Shown here in pieces: positions 1 through 18,403 of a DNA stretch of 64,000 bases. Source of the stretch: Paraspadella gotoi (Eukaryota; Animalia; Chaetognatha); assembly GCA_051294375.1 (NCBI GenBank), contig CM119264.1:27229340-27293339 (forward strand). Reading direction: 5' to 3'. Within the stretch, counting starts at the first letter, position 1. Each line of letters opens with the position of its first letter. Both the position numbers and the translations under genes were made by a program. Under the pieces are notes generated by a model that was not told the DNA's origin, ran no database searches, and was given only the letters and a program-made list of their open reading frames with translations.

Positions 1-2195
1 CAAGGACGCAAAAAAAAAAACCGGGCACGCGACAAAATCTCACGATTAAAAGCACGTACTAAAATCTCACGCGCCAAAAATCGCACGCCGAAAAGCACGC
101 GCCAAATTCTCGCGCTCCAAAATCTCACACGCAAAGGTCCCTCTGAAACTCGCGCGCCGGAAACCGCAAAACGGGAGCGTCACGCTAACCGAATCTTCAG
201 TTGCAAGAGAAAGAAAAACTGAGCTGAAGAAATTGATATTGATATTGAGCGTTTTTTCAAGATATCTCATGTTTCACTATATAAATAAATGTTTTGTTTT
301 AACGCGGTTCGTCATATTTAAAATATAATTTCAATTTTATTCAATAACAAAAAAATTATCATAAAAAATAATTTTTAAAGACAAGAAAAGTCGGATGAAA
401 AAAAAAATGTAATCCGTTTTTGAGGCCGAGATGGAGGCGTCTTCGGACGAGAGAGCGAATGAGCTTACGAGAGAGAGAGGGAGAGACACCGAGCGACCGA
501 GCGAGAGTGCGAGCGATATGAGGAATTACCGCGGGACGTTTGCGCCGAGAGGGCGCGCGTGTCTTTCGAGTCCAGAGGCTCTGGCAGAGCTCTGGCAGAG
601 CGCACGTACCGTTTCACGATCCCACGGCACCTGCGTAGTTTCTTTACAAGCTCTGGCTTTATTTTTTTTTTTCCCCCAACACGAACGCGCGCGTACTTTT
701 AGTGAGGTGTCCGTGTTTTCGCGGGAAACTTTTCCTCAAAACATAAAAACCTCTTTCGCTGTCGAGAAGAGAAGGAAACGTTGAGCTTAGGGGATCTGCG
801 GCCGGGGCGTCGCTGAAGGCAGAGACTCGTTTCTTGTGGAAAGGCTCGACCGATGACCCCTGAGCCGCATGGGTGAGGACGGGATCTCTGAAAGACTGCC
901 GGTCAACGCGCTCGATCCCGATATTAGACTAAATTAGACTAAATTTTAGAACGAATTAGTTTATTATATTTCTTAAATTAAATTAAATTTAATAATATTT
1001 TTTTCATATTTTATAATATAATGGGCTCAGGGATGTTAGTGTTGTCTTCTGTAAATTGATGGAGCATCTTTACAACACAAAGTTAAAATTACTTTCTGCC
1101 CTGGCAGAAAAATCAAAGGTGTCAAGGGAATAATTTGGGATTAAGGTTAAGGGGTAATACTACTATAATGTGCTGATTGCCAACCATTAGAGGCTTTTAA
1201 ATCGCCTCTTGCCTTTTCTGTATACGTAACTGAGTGTAAGGGTTAAGTTAGTCTACGTAGAATGGGAGCGAAAAATATGGGATGGGATAAAGAAAAATCT
1301 CGTTTGGTAAAAATTTAAAAAAACGAATGTCCTGCGAGGGGAAAACAAGAAGTGACTTTGTATTCTGCTCACGACTACAAGACAAATTCATGATTCGAAA
1401 CAGAAAAAGTTTCAAATAACGCAACTAATAGCTTTTGTTTTTTGTTTGTTTTGTTTGTTTTCCTGTTAGAGCAAATCAAAATCAACAGAAAATTGTAGAT
1501 CGATTGATATCTCTTTTTCTCTCTCGTTCTTATTTTCTCCTCTTCTTTTCTATTCTTTTCTCCTCTTCTTCTCTATTCTCTTCCATTCCCAAACTCAAAA
1601 TATTTACGAGCTCATAATAAGAAGTCAACGTTGGTGTCGCCTTTTTCTCGACCGCGGGATCTCGAATCCTTTTTCTCTTTATCCCAGGATTCATCATCGC
1701 TTTCTTTCGTCGCCGCCGAACCACCATTTTACCACCAGACTCAGTTTTACAAGCATTTTCGAGTGCCTTGTCCTAAATGAAATGGAAAGTGTTAACTGCT
1801 AAATGATTCGTGCTGTGAAAAGGGCTTAGTGTTAATAATGTTTAAAGATACGTACTAGTGGCTCACGTCGTTGAGTTCTTTAATCATTGAAAATTAACTC
1901 ATAATACATAATACTAGTTGCTATTGTCATCGTCCTAAGTTTTGTTTTTTTTAATATCTTTCCTAGGCTACACATGCAGGCAATCTCAACTAGATGAAAA
2001 CAAATTATAAATTTATATATTAGCTTAGAAAAATCGTGACCAGAATTTTGGCTCGTTCGCACGTTTTTTAATGAAACATATTTCACTCCAAGCGTTTTTT
2101 ATTTTCATTATTTTTCGCTTTTCCAGCTTTAAAAAATGTAGTTTTTATTTATTTGTTTAGTACAAAAAAATATAATGACATAAATGTAACCCAAT

Positions 2196-2196
2196 A

Positions 2197-2288
<92 letters not shown>

Positions 2289-2290
2289 AA
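2196..2290. repeat. (AAAG)n microsatellite
   Basis: Direct reading of a near-perfect tetranucleotide run. Confidence 0.98.
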
Positions 2291-3110
2291 AGAAAGAGAG
2301 AAAGTACTCAAAATTCATTGGAGGACCGAATTGGAACGAAATCAGCGCCGACCCGAACCCCCCGCAGGGAATCGAGCCCCATGGGGCCGACGAAAAGGGG
2401 TTGAGGGAGCAAAGCTCTAGGGGAGCAGACCGTGGGAATTGATGTAGCGGAATCAGCAAGAGAGGGAGAGAAAATAGCGCGAGGATTTACAGGAGCGGGA
2501 GCGACAAGTTACTGGAGCGATTAAAGCGTGGTAGAAAGGGTAGCGATGAAGAGAGACTATCAAAAGAAGAGAGATAATTAAGAAGAATTCGACGAATAAG
2601 AAGCTGGCGGGTGACATCAATGATGCAGATGACGACGACAGTGACGACGAAGACGACGACGATAACGACGATAGTACCAAACCAAAGTTTCTCCAACAAA
2701 TGAGACGGAATAAAGTTCGGCGCCTTTGAGCCGCGCGGTTTTGACTTGAGCCCTTTTGTCGCCGACGATAAGAAGCTTATTGTTTGTCATGAAGGTCGTC
2801 GTTTCGAGGACCGATTGCGCTTTCAAATGTCCTTGAGTGGCCCACCATTTTGTCCTGACTGGGAATAACAACAACAACATCGCGGCGGCAAGAGAAGTTC
2901 GGGATGACAAGATTTGAATTCCCCAATGACATTATCACATAGTTTTTACGAGGAGCAGTTTTGTTTATTTCTCTGTTTGTTTTGAAGACGTTTTTGCCGG
3001 GTTTGTTTATCGAGAACCTGATTTAGCGTAATGAAGCATGCTTTTCTTGCGTGCGCGCTCGGGCTTTCGAGTGTGAGAGCGTGCGCGCGTGCATTTGCCT
3101 TTGTGAAGAG

Positions 3111-3219
<109 letters not shown>

Positions 3220-4356
3220 CTGAGACTCAGTGGGAGCCTGGGAAGGAGGCAAAGAGAATGAGAGGGAGAATTCAAAGCTTCAATTTTATAGCGTTTTCAG
3301 CGCCCAAACACAAGCGTCGCCGATCGAGTTTAATGGGATGTCTTTCTCTCTCCCTCTCTGTCTTTCTCTCTTTTTCTCCATCTCTCTCCCTCCTTCTCTC
3401 TCTCTCCTACTTCCGACCACTATCTCTGCGAGTGTGACCGGCGGTGACACCTCAATTACTTCAACCAAGGCCCCGTAACAGATCCCAAGAGCTATATGGA
3501 TGTGATGGGGGGGAAAGGGGGATAAGAGATGAGAAAAAAGTAAGCGAAAGACCGAGGGAAAATAAAAAATGAAAGAGAGAGAGAGAAAGAGCGAGAGTAT
3601 TGGATAATAAAAAAGGGAAGGTGGAACAGAATGGGGAAAAAAAGAGATAAAAAAAAGACAGTTGGAGAAAAAAAAAAGCGAACGCGAACGAGAAAAGGAA
3701 AAAGTTCGTCACTAAGTTAACGATAGAGACAGAGAGCGAGAGAGAAAGAGAGAGGAAAAGAGTGAGAGAGAAAAAGAGAATAAAGGAGCGACTTAATGTG
3801 CAGAGAAAATGAAATCCGTGCAGCCAAAATAGTTCTTTTCTCTTCGGGAAAATCCAATCGTAATTTTGTGACACTTTTCTTTCTTTTTTTTTTCAAAAGT
3901 TTGGTTCACTTCGTTGGTTCTTTTGCTGTATTTTTTACTATTTTTAGTACGAAAGTCTTATCATATAACATATTCTATACTTGATAAGGTAAAATATTTT
4001 CTAACAAAAATTAACTTGTGTACAATTTATCACGAGTGCTTCACCACTTCAGAGACGCATGCACGTCGCTGAGATTCTGACCCGCTGCCTGTCTCGGTCT
4101 GGCGTCCGTGTTTCCCGAGAATAACGCAAAGGATAAAAAGAAAAACCAAATAAATGATAAGTATCGCTTTACGCGTGGCCGAAAGAGCAGAGAGAAAGGG
4201 AGAGAGACAAAGAGAGAAAGGGAGAGAAACGGGACACAGACAGACGAGAGCGTCCCGCTTTGGGATTTTCTCCGGGGTTGAGCCTTTCTTATCCGGCCAA
4301 CAAATCTACTACGAGTGTGGTGCGTATGGGGGAAGAGGGATTATCGCCTGGGAATC

Positions 4357-4464
<108 letters not shown>

Positions 4465-4915
4465 CATGGGATTTCCGGTTTTTAATTCGTTCCTTCTCTA
4501 TTGTCTGCGTTAACTAACTACGACGAACCCTCCCCTGGATGAGAGTCGGGAGGTTAGTGAATTAGTGTAACAAGTATACCTAATTAGCTTAATCATATGA
4601 CGAATCGATTTTAGAAAATAGATTTCACGGTCCAAATAGAAAGGTAAATCACGACGGGACTTAAATTTTTTTAAAAATTTAAAAAATTAACAAAATATTA
4701 TCTGAATAACTCAGTAAGGTAGTTAAGAAATTTGAATTAATCACCTGCTCAAACGAAATTTAGACATTTTTTAAAAAAATTTAATAGACAAAAAATTTGT
4801 AATATTACTCTATACCCCATATATTAATATTTTAATATTTATTTATAATATATATATATAATATATTTATAATTATATTTTTATGTTCTATCAGAATCAA
4901 TAAAAAAAGTTAAGA

Positions 4916-4970
4916 TTGTAAGAATGATGGAGGCCTTAAACCACCAAAGCCTGTCCAAAGTCAGGGGCAA
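4916..4970 (+). ncRNA. Degenerate type-P5 twister ribozyme-like motif
   Basis: GA-UGG-[AGGCCU]-UAA-ACC-AC-CAAAG-CCUG-UCCAAAGU-CAGG. P4, T1 (CCA/UGG) and T2 (AC/GU) can pair; P2 is broken. Confidence 0.45.
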
Positions 4971-5913
4971 GATAGCTTATTTATTTAATGAATGGATATT
5001 TTTTATTGGTTGTACCAATTTCATAGTAATATTGTAATTTTGATAGCAAGAATAAAAGCATTAAAATCGAACTTTTTAAAAAAAAATTTTTTACCTGAAA
5101 GTAGACTACAAGACTAAAGTTTTGTACCCCCGCCGCTATTAAATTAAATTTCATAGAAGATTTCTAATATAGGTATGGGTCAAAATATTCAGAAAATAGC
5201 AATAAAATAAATATTTTCAAGGAAATTAGTGTTGTCTCACGGCGATGCTCTTTTGCTGGATTCTGTTTCTCTTCTTTTCCGCTTTCGATTTTCGGTTTCA
5301 ACTTTTATTCCTTTTTCTTTTGTTTCTTTTTTATTTTTTTATTTTTTTCTTTTCTGCATAAACAAAGGTTGGCATCGGCCATTCGTCCGTCCGTCCGTCC
5401 GTCTGCACGCCGCCATCGTCGACGCACGATTCCACGTTTCCCTTCCGGTTTCCGTCCGGTTTTCGTCCGGTTTTCGCTTTCCGGACGACCACGCTGTCCC
5501 ACGTTTATTTTGTTCGTTAAGGGTGGAAAAAGTCTTAACCGGGATTTTGTTTTGCCGCCTTTCCGTTGCCTTGTAATTTATTATAATTTATTAACCATTA
5601 ATGCCGCTCGCTCTGTTATAGAATCGATCTAGAATCGGATTGTTTGAATCGGATTCTCACTGTGAATTTAGCTTGGAAAACGAATTTTTCGCCGTTTTAC
5701 TGTTAGTTTTTTTTTTCCGCATTCATGCCCAACCACAAAGAAAATGCATGTAAAAATTTAAAAAAAATATTATTCTGTCACTTTACCGTTTTCTCGCACA
5801 AAGCTTATTCCCGCTTTTAATTGTAAAGTCCGGACGATCATCTACAACTCAGATGCTCTTCATGAAGTCTGCTTCTTACCTGACCTTCCTTTCCCCAGAT
5901 ATTCCCCCCTTTG

Positions 5914-8885
5914 ATGGCCGACGGTTTGAACTTTAACATCTTTGACGAACTCGAGAACGACGACCCGCGCGTCGCCCATTTCCTTCAAAGCCGTCTTCGT
6001 TGGAAGAACCCCGCTGAAGCGTGTCCGCAACGAGGCCCGACCGCGCCCACCGTCCCCACTCGCGTCTACGTGGCCAACGTGCCGGAGCGAATCCACGAGT
6101 TCGCGCTCAAGGAGATACTGAGTCAGTTTGGCGGGAATTTCGTGGAATATCGTCGACATCGGGATTCCAGGCACAAGACTTGCGATTTGAAAAGTTATAA
6201 AAAAGAAACTTCCCCGCCCAAGAATAACTTATCTTCTCCCTTCGATCCAGACTCGGTCGTCACGGCCTCACCTACCTCTTCGCCACCTTCGACTCGGAAG
6301 CGACCGCCTCCGCCGTCGTCCAAGGCTTGAAGACTCTGAACCTCGGCGCCGGCGTCCTCGAAGCGCAGCTCGCCGTCGACAAAGTGAGGCGGAAGCGGGA
6401 GGCGTTGGAGGCCAAGGAGGCGGAGATTTTGAGGGAGCGACGTCTGACGGAGGAATTTCTCGAGGAAAGTCGAAGGCGTCGGGATCAGTTGTGTCGCAGG
6501 TTCGTTTCTTGGGGCACGAAGTCGATGACCGAGAATGAGCTATGCCTCTTTGCCTCTTTGCCTAATGTCCTTTTTCCCAATGTGAGCAAAAGTTAAAGAA
6601 TTGGTGTTCCCTCCTCCTCCTCAAAGCGCTGACGCGTCCGCGAAAGACTCGAAGACAACGATGATGGAACTCCCTCTTAACAAACCGATAAACGTGAGCT
6701 TGGCTGAAATCGACACTGGCCGCCATTTTTATTTCCTGCCTAATGGTTGGTTCACTGCGATGCCGTCGAATCTAGATGAAGTTAATCCTAACCTCTTAAC
6801 TCAGGTGAGACCAGTTCAAGATTGTACATAAATTTTACGGGAAAATTTGATAATTTATAGTTTCTGTTTAATTTTGAATTTTAACATATTTAAAACGCTC
6901 GACAGATCAAGCGCATGGAATTGGAGATCTCCAATTCCCAGAGCTTCATCGATGGGCGACGCCCGCCGGACCCGCTCCTCCCCGGCGCTGACGTGTTCGG
7001 GTGGTACGAAGACAACTACTTTCGCGCCGTCGTCCTCGAGCTTCTTCCGCGGCAAGAGTCGAAAATCTTCTTCTTTGACTATGGGAACGTCGAGGTGGTT
7101 AAGAACGACCAGCTGAGGCCGCTCACCCAAAAATTCCGGGTAGGGTAATCTCGGCTTTAATAATGTATTTTGAGAATCGAGAGTAAAAGTTTAACGAATT
7201 TTGAATTTAGTCTATTCTTCGTAGGATATTTGTCCTCGAATAAGGCATCTGTGCAAAATCGCAAACGTCGAGCCTAAGAATGGAGGGTTCGCTCCGGACA
7301 ATTTGCGCTGGATGACTGATTTTATCTCTGCCGAACGTCGCATCGTCGGAATCGAGGTTATTTTGCTCGATAAAAAGCCATGACAGAGTTTATTTTTAAA
7401 ACATAGATAAACTAATATAATAACGTATATAATTTATGATTATGTATAACGGAAGACGAATGAAATCTCACACGATTTTACTTTCATTTACAGGTGGTGG
7501 CGAAGGAAAAACTACCAAACTTGGTCCTTCATAGCGCGAAAGTGACTGTTCGCGATTCTAGCCTTCAAAGCACTATTTCTCTGCAGGAAGAATTACTTAA
7601 TCTTAACTTCGTTGTTTCTACGGAGGCGACTTACTCGAGTTATCCCGTGAAATTTTACGACATGCCGACGAAGCGATTCGACAGATCCCAGACCTTTCGG
7701 TGCATCGTCTCGGATTATAACGATCCTTCCAATTTTTGGGTGTCTCCGGAGAAAGACGATCACCGGCTCACTCGTTTACAGGAGGAGTTGCTCGCAGCCG
7801 CGAGAGGCGAGCACCCGCCTTCTAACCCGCCGGAACTGGACGACATGGTGGCGGCGTTGTGGTCAGATGGTGAACAGGAGCCCGCCTTTTATCGCGCCCG
7901 CGTCATCTACGTCCGCTCTGAAGGGATCGGCGTTCGTTTCGTCGACTACGGCAACGCCGACGCCGTCCAACTCCGCGACGTTCGACCTCTGCGACCGGAA
8001 ATGGCCAAGTTAGAAATGCAAGCGTTTGATTGCGCTCTATTAAATTGCCAACCGCTGGACGGACGAGGTTGGGACGTGCCGAGTATCCAGAGAGCGCGAC
8101 AGACGCTCGCGTCGAACAATTTGCGTTGCGAAGTTAGGAACACCATAGACGGAAAACGCAACGTTATTTTGAGAGACGGAGAAAACTCGACCGTCAACGA
8201 AAAGCTGTTGAGTATGGGCATAGCCGCCCCCTCCGCCCCGGTTCGCGGCGCGTTTCCACCGGCCGATCGCGGAGGGCCGCGAGGTGGTGTCGGTCCGTAT
8301 TCGGTTCCTTCTCTCGTTGAGCAGCCGCAACTTCCGCGATTAAAAGAACCGCCGCCGACTCAGAGGCAGAATTACGGATACGACGGTTTTGAAGACCGTA
8401 ACCAGCGCCCTCAAGGTTTTGACATCCCCCCGTCCTTTCCTGTTGACTCGCCGCCCCGAAATGCTCATCTGGCAAGGCCTGTTCCCTCCATGGCGCGCCC
8501 CAACGGACTCCTACGCTCACCTCTCTCCCCTCATTCCACGTCTGGACCACTCTCTCCCTCCGGGTCTGGCTCGGATCCTCCGCCGTCTTATTCCACGGCG
8601 ATCGCCGTCGAATCCTCCAGCTTCGGATCCTCCAAGCTCTCCGCTCTTCCACAGTCAACGGGTCTAGTAGACGAAGTCTCGCTCCTACGCCATCGCGTGG
8701 AGCAGTTGGAGTCGACCGTCGAGGAGCAGAGGAAGACGATCTTCAACTTAGAGGCGCTGCTTAAGTCGCGCGAGGAATCGGCGCTCGACGTTCAAAGACT
8801 AGAGAACCTGGAAACCACCGTGGCTGCTTTAAAACGTGCGCACGAGGGGGTCGAGAAAGACCTTATAAGGAAGGGGTTGCTTTAA
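5914..8885 (+). CDS. RRM plus tandem Tudor-domain protein (Vreteno/TDRD-like), multi-exon
   Basis: RRM motifs RVYVANVP and TYLFATF, joined across a GC-AG intron at 6171-6250. Tudor motifs YFRAVV...FFDYGN and FYRARV...FVDYGN. Pro-rich linker and C-terminal coiled coil. Confidence 0.8.
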
Positions 8886-9184
8886 AATTGTTTCAAATTA
8901 ATGAAAAACTGTTCGGATGAGTGAGTGTGACTGATAATCGTTTATCTACAACTAAATTCAAAAGGAGTTTCAATTTTTCCCTTCATTTGTTTATGATAGA
9001 AAAAGAATTTCATGTTTATAACGAGATTGAGCTTTTTTGGCTGATTCCGTTTCGTAAAAGATTTTTTCTTCTGTTATTTCGAGGCTATCATGTTTCTCAA
9101 CGATCGTTTTTATCACATATTTACCTTTTCAGGGTTTGACCCATCCCGCGGGTATTTTTTTTTTCATTTCCCGTCCTGATTATT

Positions 9185-10458
9185 ATGCCCCCATTTGAAC
9201 CGGAAATGACAAGCTGGGCCGATCGCGTTGAACTTGAAGAACAAACTGAGGGAGATTTGCCCCCCCCAACAGAACATTATGACGAACGAAAGGGCATTAA
9301 GACCCGGACAGAATACAAGGTAAGTTTTATCGTTTGTCATAATAGCTGTATCATGATTGCGTAACGTGTAAAGATAGATTTTTGTAAATCACCTTTGATA
9401 TTTATCTACAGTACGAGGACGGGAAAAAGATGAAGGTGGTTCGGACCTTCAAGATCGAGAAGCGGAAAGTGGCCAAGAGCGTCGCCGCACGGAAAATGTG
9501 GAAGAAGTTTGGGGCATCGAAGAACGACAAGCCGGGTCCTGACCCCGCCACCACCATTGTGTCTGAAGAGATCTTCATGCAGTTCGTCTCTGCCAAGGAC
9601 GGCGACGGTGGTGAGCTGGATAGTGGATAGTGCGGTTTCGTTAGATCCAATTTTAATATTAAAGAATAGGCGACTTAAAATCAATATTTGCTCCTTGACA
9701 GGGTCCTCACAAAACCAAGGAGACGACGATCCTATCGGAAAGCTCAAGGGACAGAAGATCGTGCAGTGTCGCGTGTGCAAGGGCGACCATTGGACCACCA
9801 AATGTCCCTACAAGGACAAATTAGCTCCCATAGAGGTAAAGGTTCATTCGACGACGCTATTTCAGATATTCTGTTGACAAAGAAATAAAAACGCTCATCC
9901 GCGCCGTCAACGCTGCGATTTTCCAGGAAAAGCTCACGGAGGCTGAGCTGGAGGGCACGACCAAAGAGGGCACTCCTACAGGCGGCGCGGGCGCCAAGGC
10001 TTCCTCCGGTCCCTCGGGTTCATCAGGCGGAGGACGGCAGGAGAAATACGTTCCGCCCTCATTGAGGGACAAAGGAGGAAAGGGCGAACGGGGTGGAGAG
10101 TCCATGCCCGGCGCCCGAGGAGCTCGGGACGAATCCGCCACAGTCAGGGTCTCCAATCTTCCCGAGGATGTCAGGGAATCCGATCTTCAGGTGATCCTTT
10201 CTTTGTTTTTAATTTTTAATTGAGGGAGTGTACTTATTCTATTCTCTCTCGTTTTTCGAATAGGAACTCTTCCGCCCTTTCGGGAACATCGCGCGAATCT
10301 ACTTGGCCAAGGACAAGGTGACGCACCAACCCAAAGGATTCGCCTTCATCAACTTCCATCGGCGCGAGGACGCCGCCAAAGCCATCGCCGGCGTCTCCGG
10401 CTACGGATACGATCACCTCATTCTCAACGTTGAGTGGGCCAAACCGTCGGGCAATTGA
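9185..10458 (+). CDS. EIF3G: Eukaryotic translation initiation factor 3 subunit G
   Basis: SWAD N-terminus, [15 protein letters not shown] zinc knuckle, C-terminal RRM ending [17 protein letters not shown]. Confidence 0.97.
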
Positions 10459-10887
10459 GACGGTTGCGTCTCGCCTTTGCCCTTGCTCTTTTCTCTTGAA
10501 AGGGGGATTCACTTTTCAAAAGACTTTTCGGAAAACTTGGACCAATCCGAGTTCGAAACTACTCAGTTTGTAGCTATCGATAGTCGTACGCTTATCTTTA
10601 GGTTTAATGATTAAGATTAGATCTTTTTAGTACTTGAAAAATGACTGTTTTTTGTACCGACGAAAAAATGATGAAATGGTTTTGGCTTTTGTTTGTGAGG
10701 CGAAAAAGAAAAATAAATAACTAAGCATTTTCAATTTAATCTAGTTTATTTGGTCTCTTAAATTTTCATCCATTTTAATTTTGATTAGTGCTTATTAATT
10801 AACGTTAAGCATTGGCGTTTGACAAAGGTTTATAAGATTTGCTGTATACGAAAAACTCATTTTGATCATCGGAGACACAAAGACTGA

Positions 10888-12831
<1,944 letters not shown>

Positions 12832-13183
12832 TTGTAGACTGACAAAATTGGGGCATCAAAAAAACCACTCAAAAAGCAAATAAACGTTACTTAATGAATA
12901 TCACCTGTTTCGTTGCTTATCATTCCAAATTTTCATTTATCGTTTTATTCGAATTTTGTAACTTTTATCATTTAAAAGTAAAGCAAAAAAAGATTGCTTT
13001 TTTTTCCTTACCAAATATTTTTTACTGCAGTCCCCAGTAGATTATTCTTCTTTCATCCTCATGACTTTTAATTAATATTAAAATTCACTTTTACGACATT
13101 TTGAATTTTACCTTTTGTTAACACAACTTTAGGCAGTTTTTGTAGTTTGTGGAAAACTAACGAAAAAACAACAACTATTCTAG

Positions 13184-15511
<2,328 letters not shown>

Positions 15512-15823
15512 TAATCCAAGGCTGTGATTTTTTCTCAAAATAAAAGTTGAATTTAGTCAAGCTATCAATCAAACTTGTTAATACTTACATAGACTATTTC
15601 GTTAACTTCGTCTTCTCTCGCCAGTTTCGTAGGTTACGAGACTATCTTTTCCGAGTTGCCACTTGTGCCACCGCATTAGTTTTTTTCATTCCCTTTATAT
15701 ATACAGTATTTTTGATAACCTGGTTTTTGAAAAGGTTCTTTATTATTTTTCACAGTTACTACTTAATCGTATTTATTGATTTGTGAAAATGCTATAGACT
15801 CTAAACACTAACGTAAAGAAACC

Positions 15824-18210
15824 ATGGCCAACTTGAAACTACGCGCGGAGTTGACGAACGCTTTCAAGATGCACGGGCTGCAGCTGCGACAAGAGGCTTT
15901 AAAGTATGGGTTGGCAGTCGTATCTCAGGTGGAACGGTGCCAAGTGGACGAGGTGCTGGAGAAGCTCGTGGACGCGGTGATGGCGCAGACGCTGAGTTCG
16001 AATCTCATCGAAAAGCGACACTTGGAAGAGGCAGTGAAGGAGTTAAACACTCAGGTGAGAGGTTAGTCGAAGAGCAATTTGTTCCTTTGAATGAGAGCGG
16101 CGACGTTCTCGACGCAACTACTACCAACTTGTTTCTGTCGCAGATTCAAGAGGCCGAAGGAGGGACGAACAGGGACGACGCCAAAATATTTCACGTTATC
16201 AACGCATTCAACGTTCCGAGGTTCAAGTACATCGCTGACAGGTTAGAGGGAAGACGAGGTCATTTCAACGTAAAATGATAAGATGATATTACCCCCCAAA
16301 AAAACAAAAAACAGGAAAAAGCTGACCCTGGAAGATCCCGCGCTTTCGAGCAAAAGAAATCTCTATGGAAACGAGGAGGACAAGGTCGGCCTCTTCACTT
16401 ACAGGTTGGGTAAAATTTGAGAAAAGTGATGAACCAGTGCTTGCCTTCGTGCTTGATTTATTGCTTCCTTTACCAGATACGAACTGCTTCTCCAGCGAAC
16501 GATGCGGCACGAACTTTTCTCGCCGACTACCATCGCCGGCGCCGCCTCCGCTTCGGGAAGCAAAACCAAATTTAAATTACGCCCCGTCGAGTTTCTCCTC
16601 GCAAGGTTAAGTTTTATTTATTTATTTAATTTAGGATTGTTAGAAGAATGTCTCCTTGATAATAATCCTTATAATTCAACTAACCCTCCCTTTCTCAAAA
16701 ATAGTTCGGCCAAGGTGGGCGAGGTGATTGTGCTTGGCATGTTGTCGCAACTGAAACACGGCAAATATTTCCTCGAAGATCCTACGGGATTCGTCGAGGT
16801 TGATTTGTCCAAAGCCTTCTATCACACGGGAATATTTACTGGTGAGACTGAAGCCTTTTTCCCCCTTTTGAAGATTCCTTTAGTCAATATTTTGGTCAAT
16901 AAAAATGTCACTTCTTGTTCAGAATGTTGTTACGTTCTGGCGGAGGGTTGGTACGACGACAAAATCTTTCACGTCACCGCTGTCGGTTTCCCGCCCAACG
17001 AACCCACGAAAACCTCGCGCGCGCAATTGGGAAATGTTAATTACTTTGGGTAAGTTAAGCCGATCCGACATCCCAGTTCTTTGTCGATCAAACTTACACT
17101 TTATATATTTTTCAGCGTTCCCGGCCAAACGACCTGCATGAAGATGAGCCAACAAATGAGCGAGGTTTTGCGGGAGAAAGAGGACGCCCTCTTCGTCTTT
17201 TTATCCGACGTTTTTCTGGATCAAACACCCGTCATGAAACGACTGCAGGTAAAAAATGGTTGTATTAAAGTGTTTTTTTTTTAAATTTGAGGGTTCCTTC
17301 TATTATGCTGCAATATGCAAATAATATTAAATTATATTATCTTCTCCCGTCAGATTCTTCTTTCGGGCTATGCCACCATGCCTCCCACTTGCTTCGTTCT
17401 CTGCGGAAACTTCCACTCCAAACCACACGGAAAGTCTTTTCTCACTGAGATGCGTCGCCTCTTCAAATCTCTGGCCGACCTCATCGCCGACCACGCCTCC
17501 ATTCTCCGTCTCTCGCGGTTCATCATCGTTCCCGGTCCGCTCGACCCCGGCCTCGGCTCGGTGCTGCCACGGCCGCCAATTCCCGCAGCCGTTGTCGCCG
17601 ACTTCAAAGAAGCCGTTCCCAACGCTATCTTCGCCAGCAACCCTTGCAGGATTCAGTACTGCTCCAGGTTCGGATTGGTCATTGTTTTCTTCCCATTTCT
17701 GATCCTAAATCCTCTTAATTTATTTTTATCGCTCCCAGAGAAATGGTGGTCTTTCGCGAAAACCTCGTCATTAAAATGTGCCGCAATAGTCTTCATCTCC
17801 CGGAAGCCACCGACGCCGCCTCGGGTTTCGCCTCCCACGTGGCAAAGACGCTTCTGAGTCAGGCGCACCTGTCGCCACTTCCCGTGCACCTGTCTCCCGT
17901 TTACTGGGCCTACGATCACGCCATGTCTCTTTATCCTAACCCCGATATCGTCGTTGTCGCCGGTAAGAAGCCGTCGCCGCCTCTTCTTTTTACGTTTAAT
18001 GATGATTCGCGTATCGAAATCATTACAAGAACAAAGTTCTCTCTTCTTTTTTTTTGCCCAGACACGTTCGATCCTTACGAGGAAAGCGGCCCCGGCAAAG
18101 AGTCAATCGTTATGAACCCTGGCTCCTTCTCAAAAACTGGATTCGGCTTTAAAGTTTATTACCCGTCGAGCGGAGTCGTTGAGGACTGTCAAGTCCCCGG
18201 CGAATCTTGA
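15824..18210 (+). CDS. POLE2: DNA polymerase epsilon subunit 2
   Basis: AFKMHGL N-terminus, [45 protein letters not shown]...FKVYYP. Confidence 0.96.
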
Positions 18211-18403
18211 TGCTCGATGTTTTTTCTCGTTCCCGGAAGTCGTTTCCCTCGCCAATTGAATCATTGTTTTCGTTTAATGGTCCTTCCCCATATTTTGTTA
18301 GCCGTTTAAATTTTTTTACTTTTTACACGTTATTCACTTATTGCCATTGGCGCTGTTATTTTTTCAGTCTTATTGATTAAAAAGAAAAAAAATTTATCGT
18401 AAG

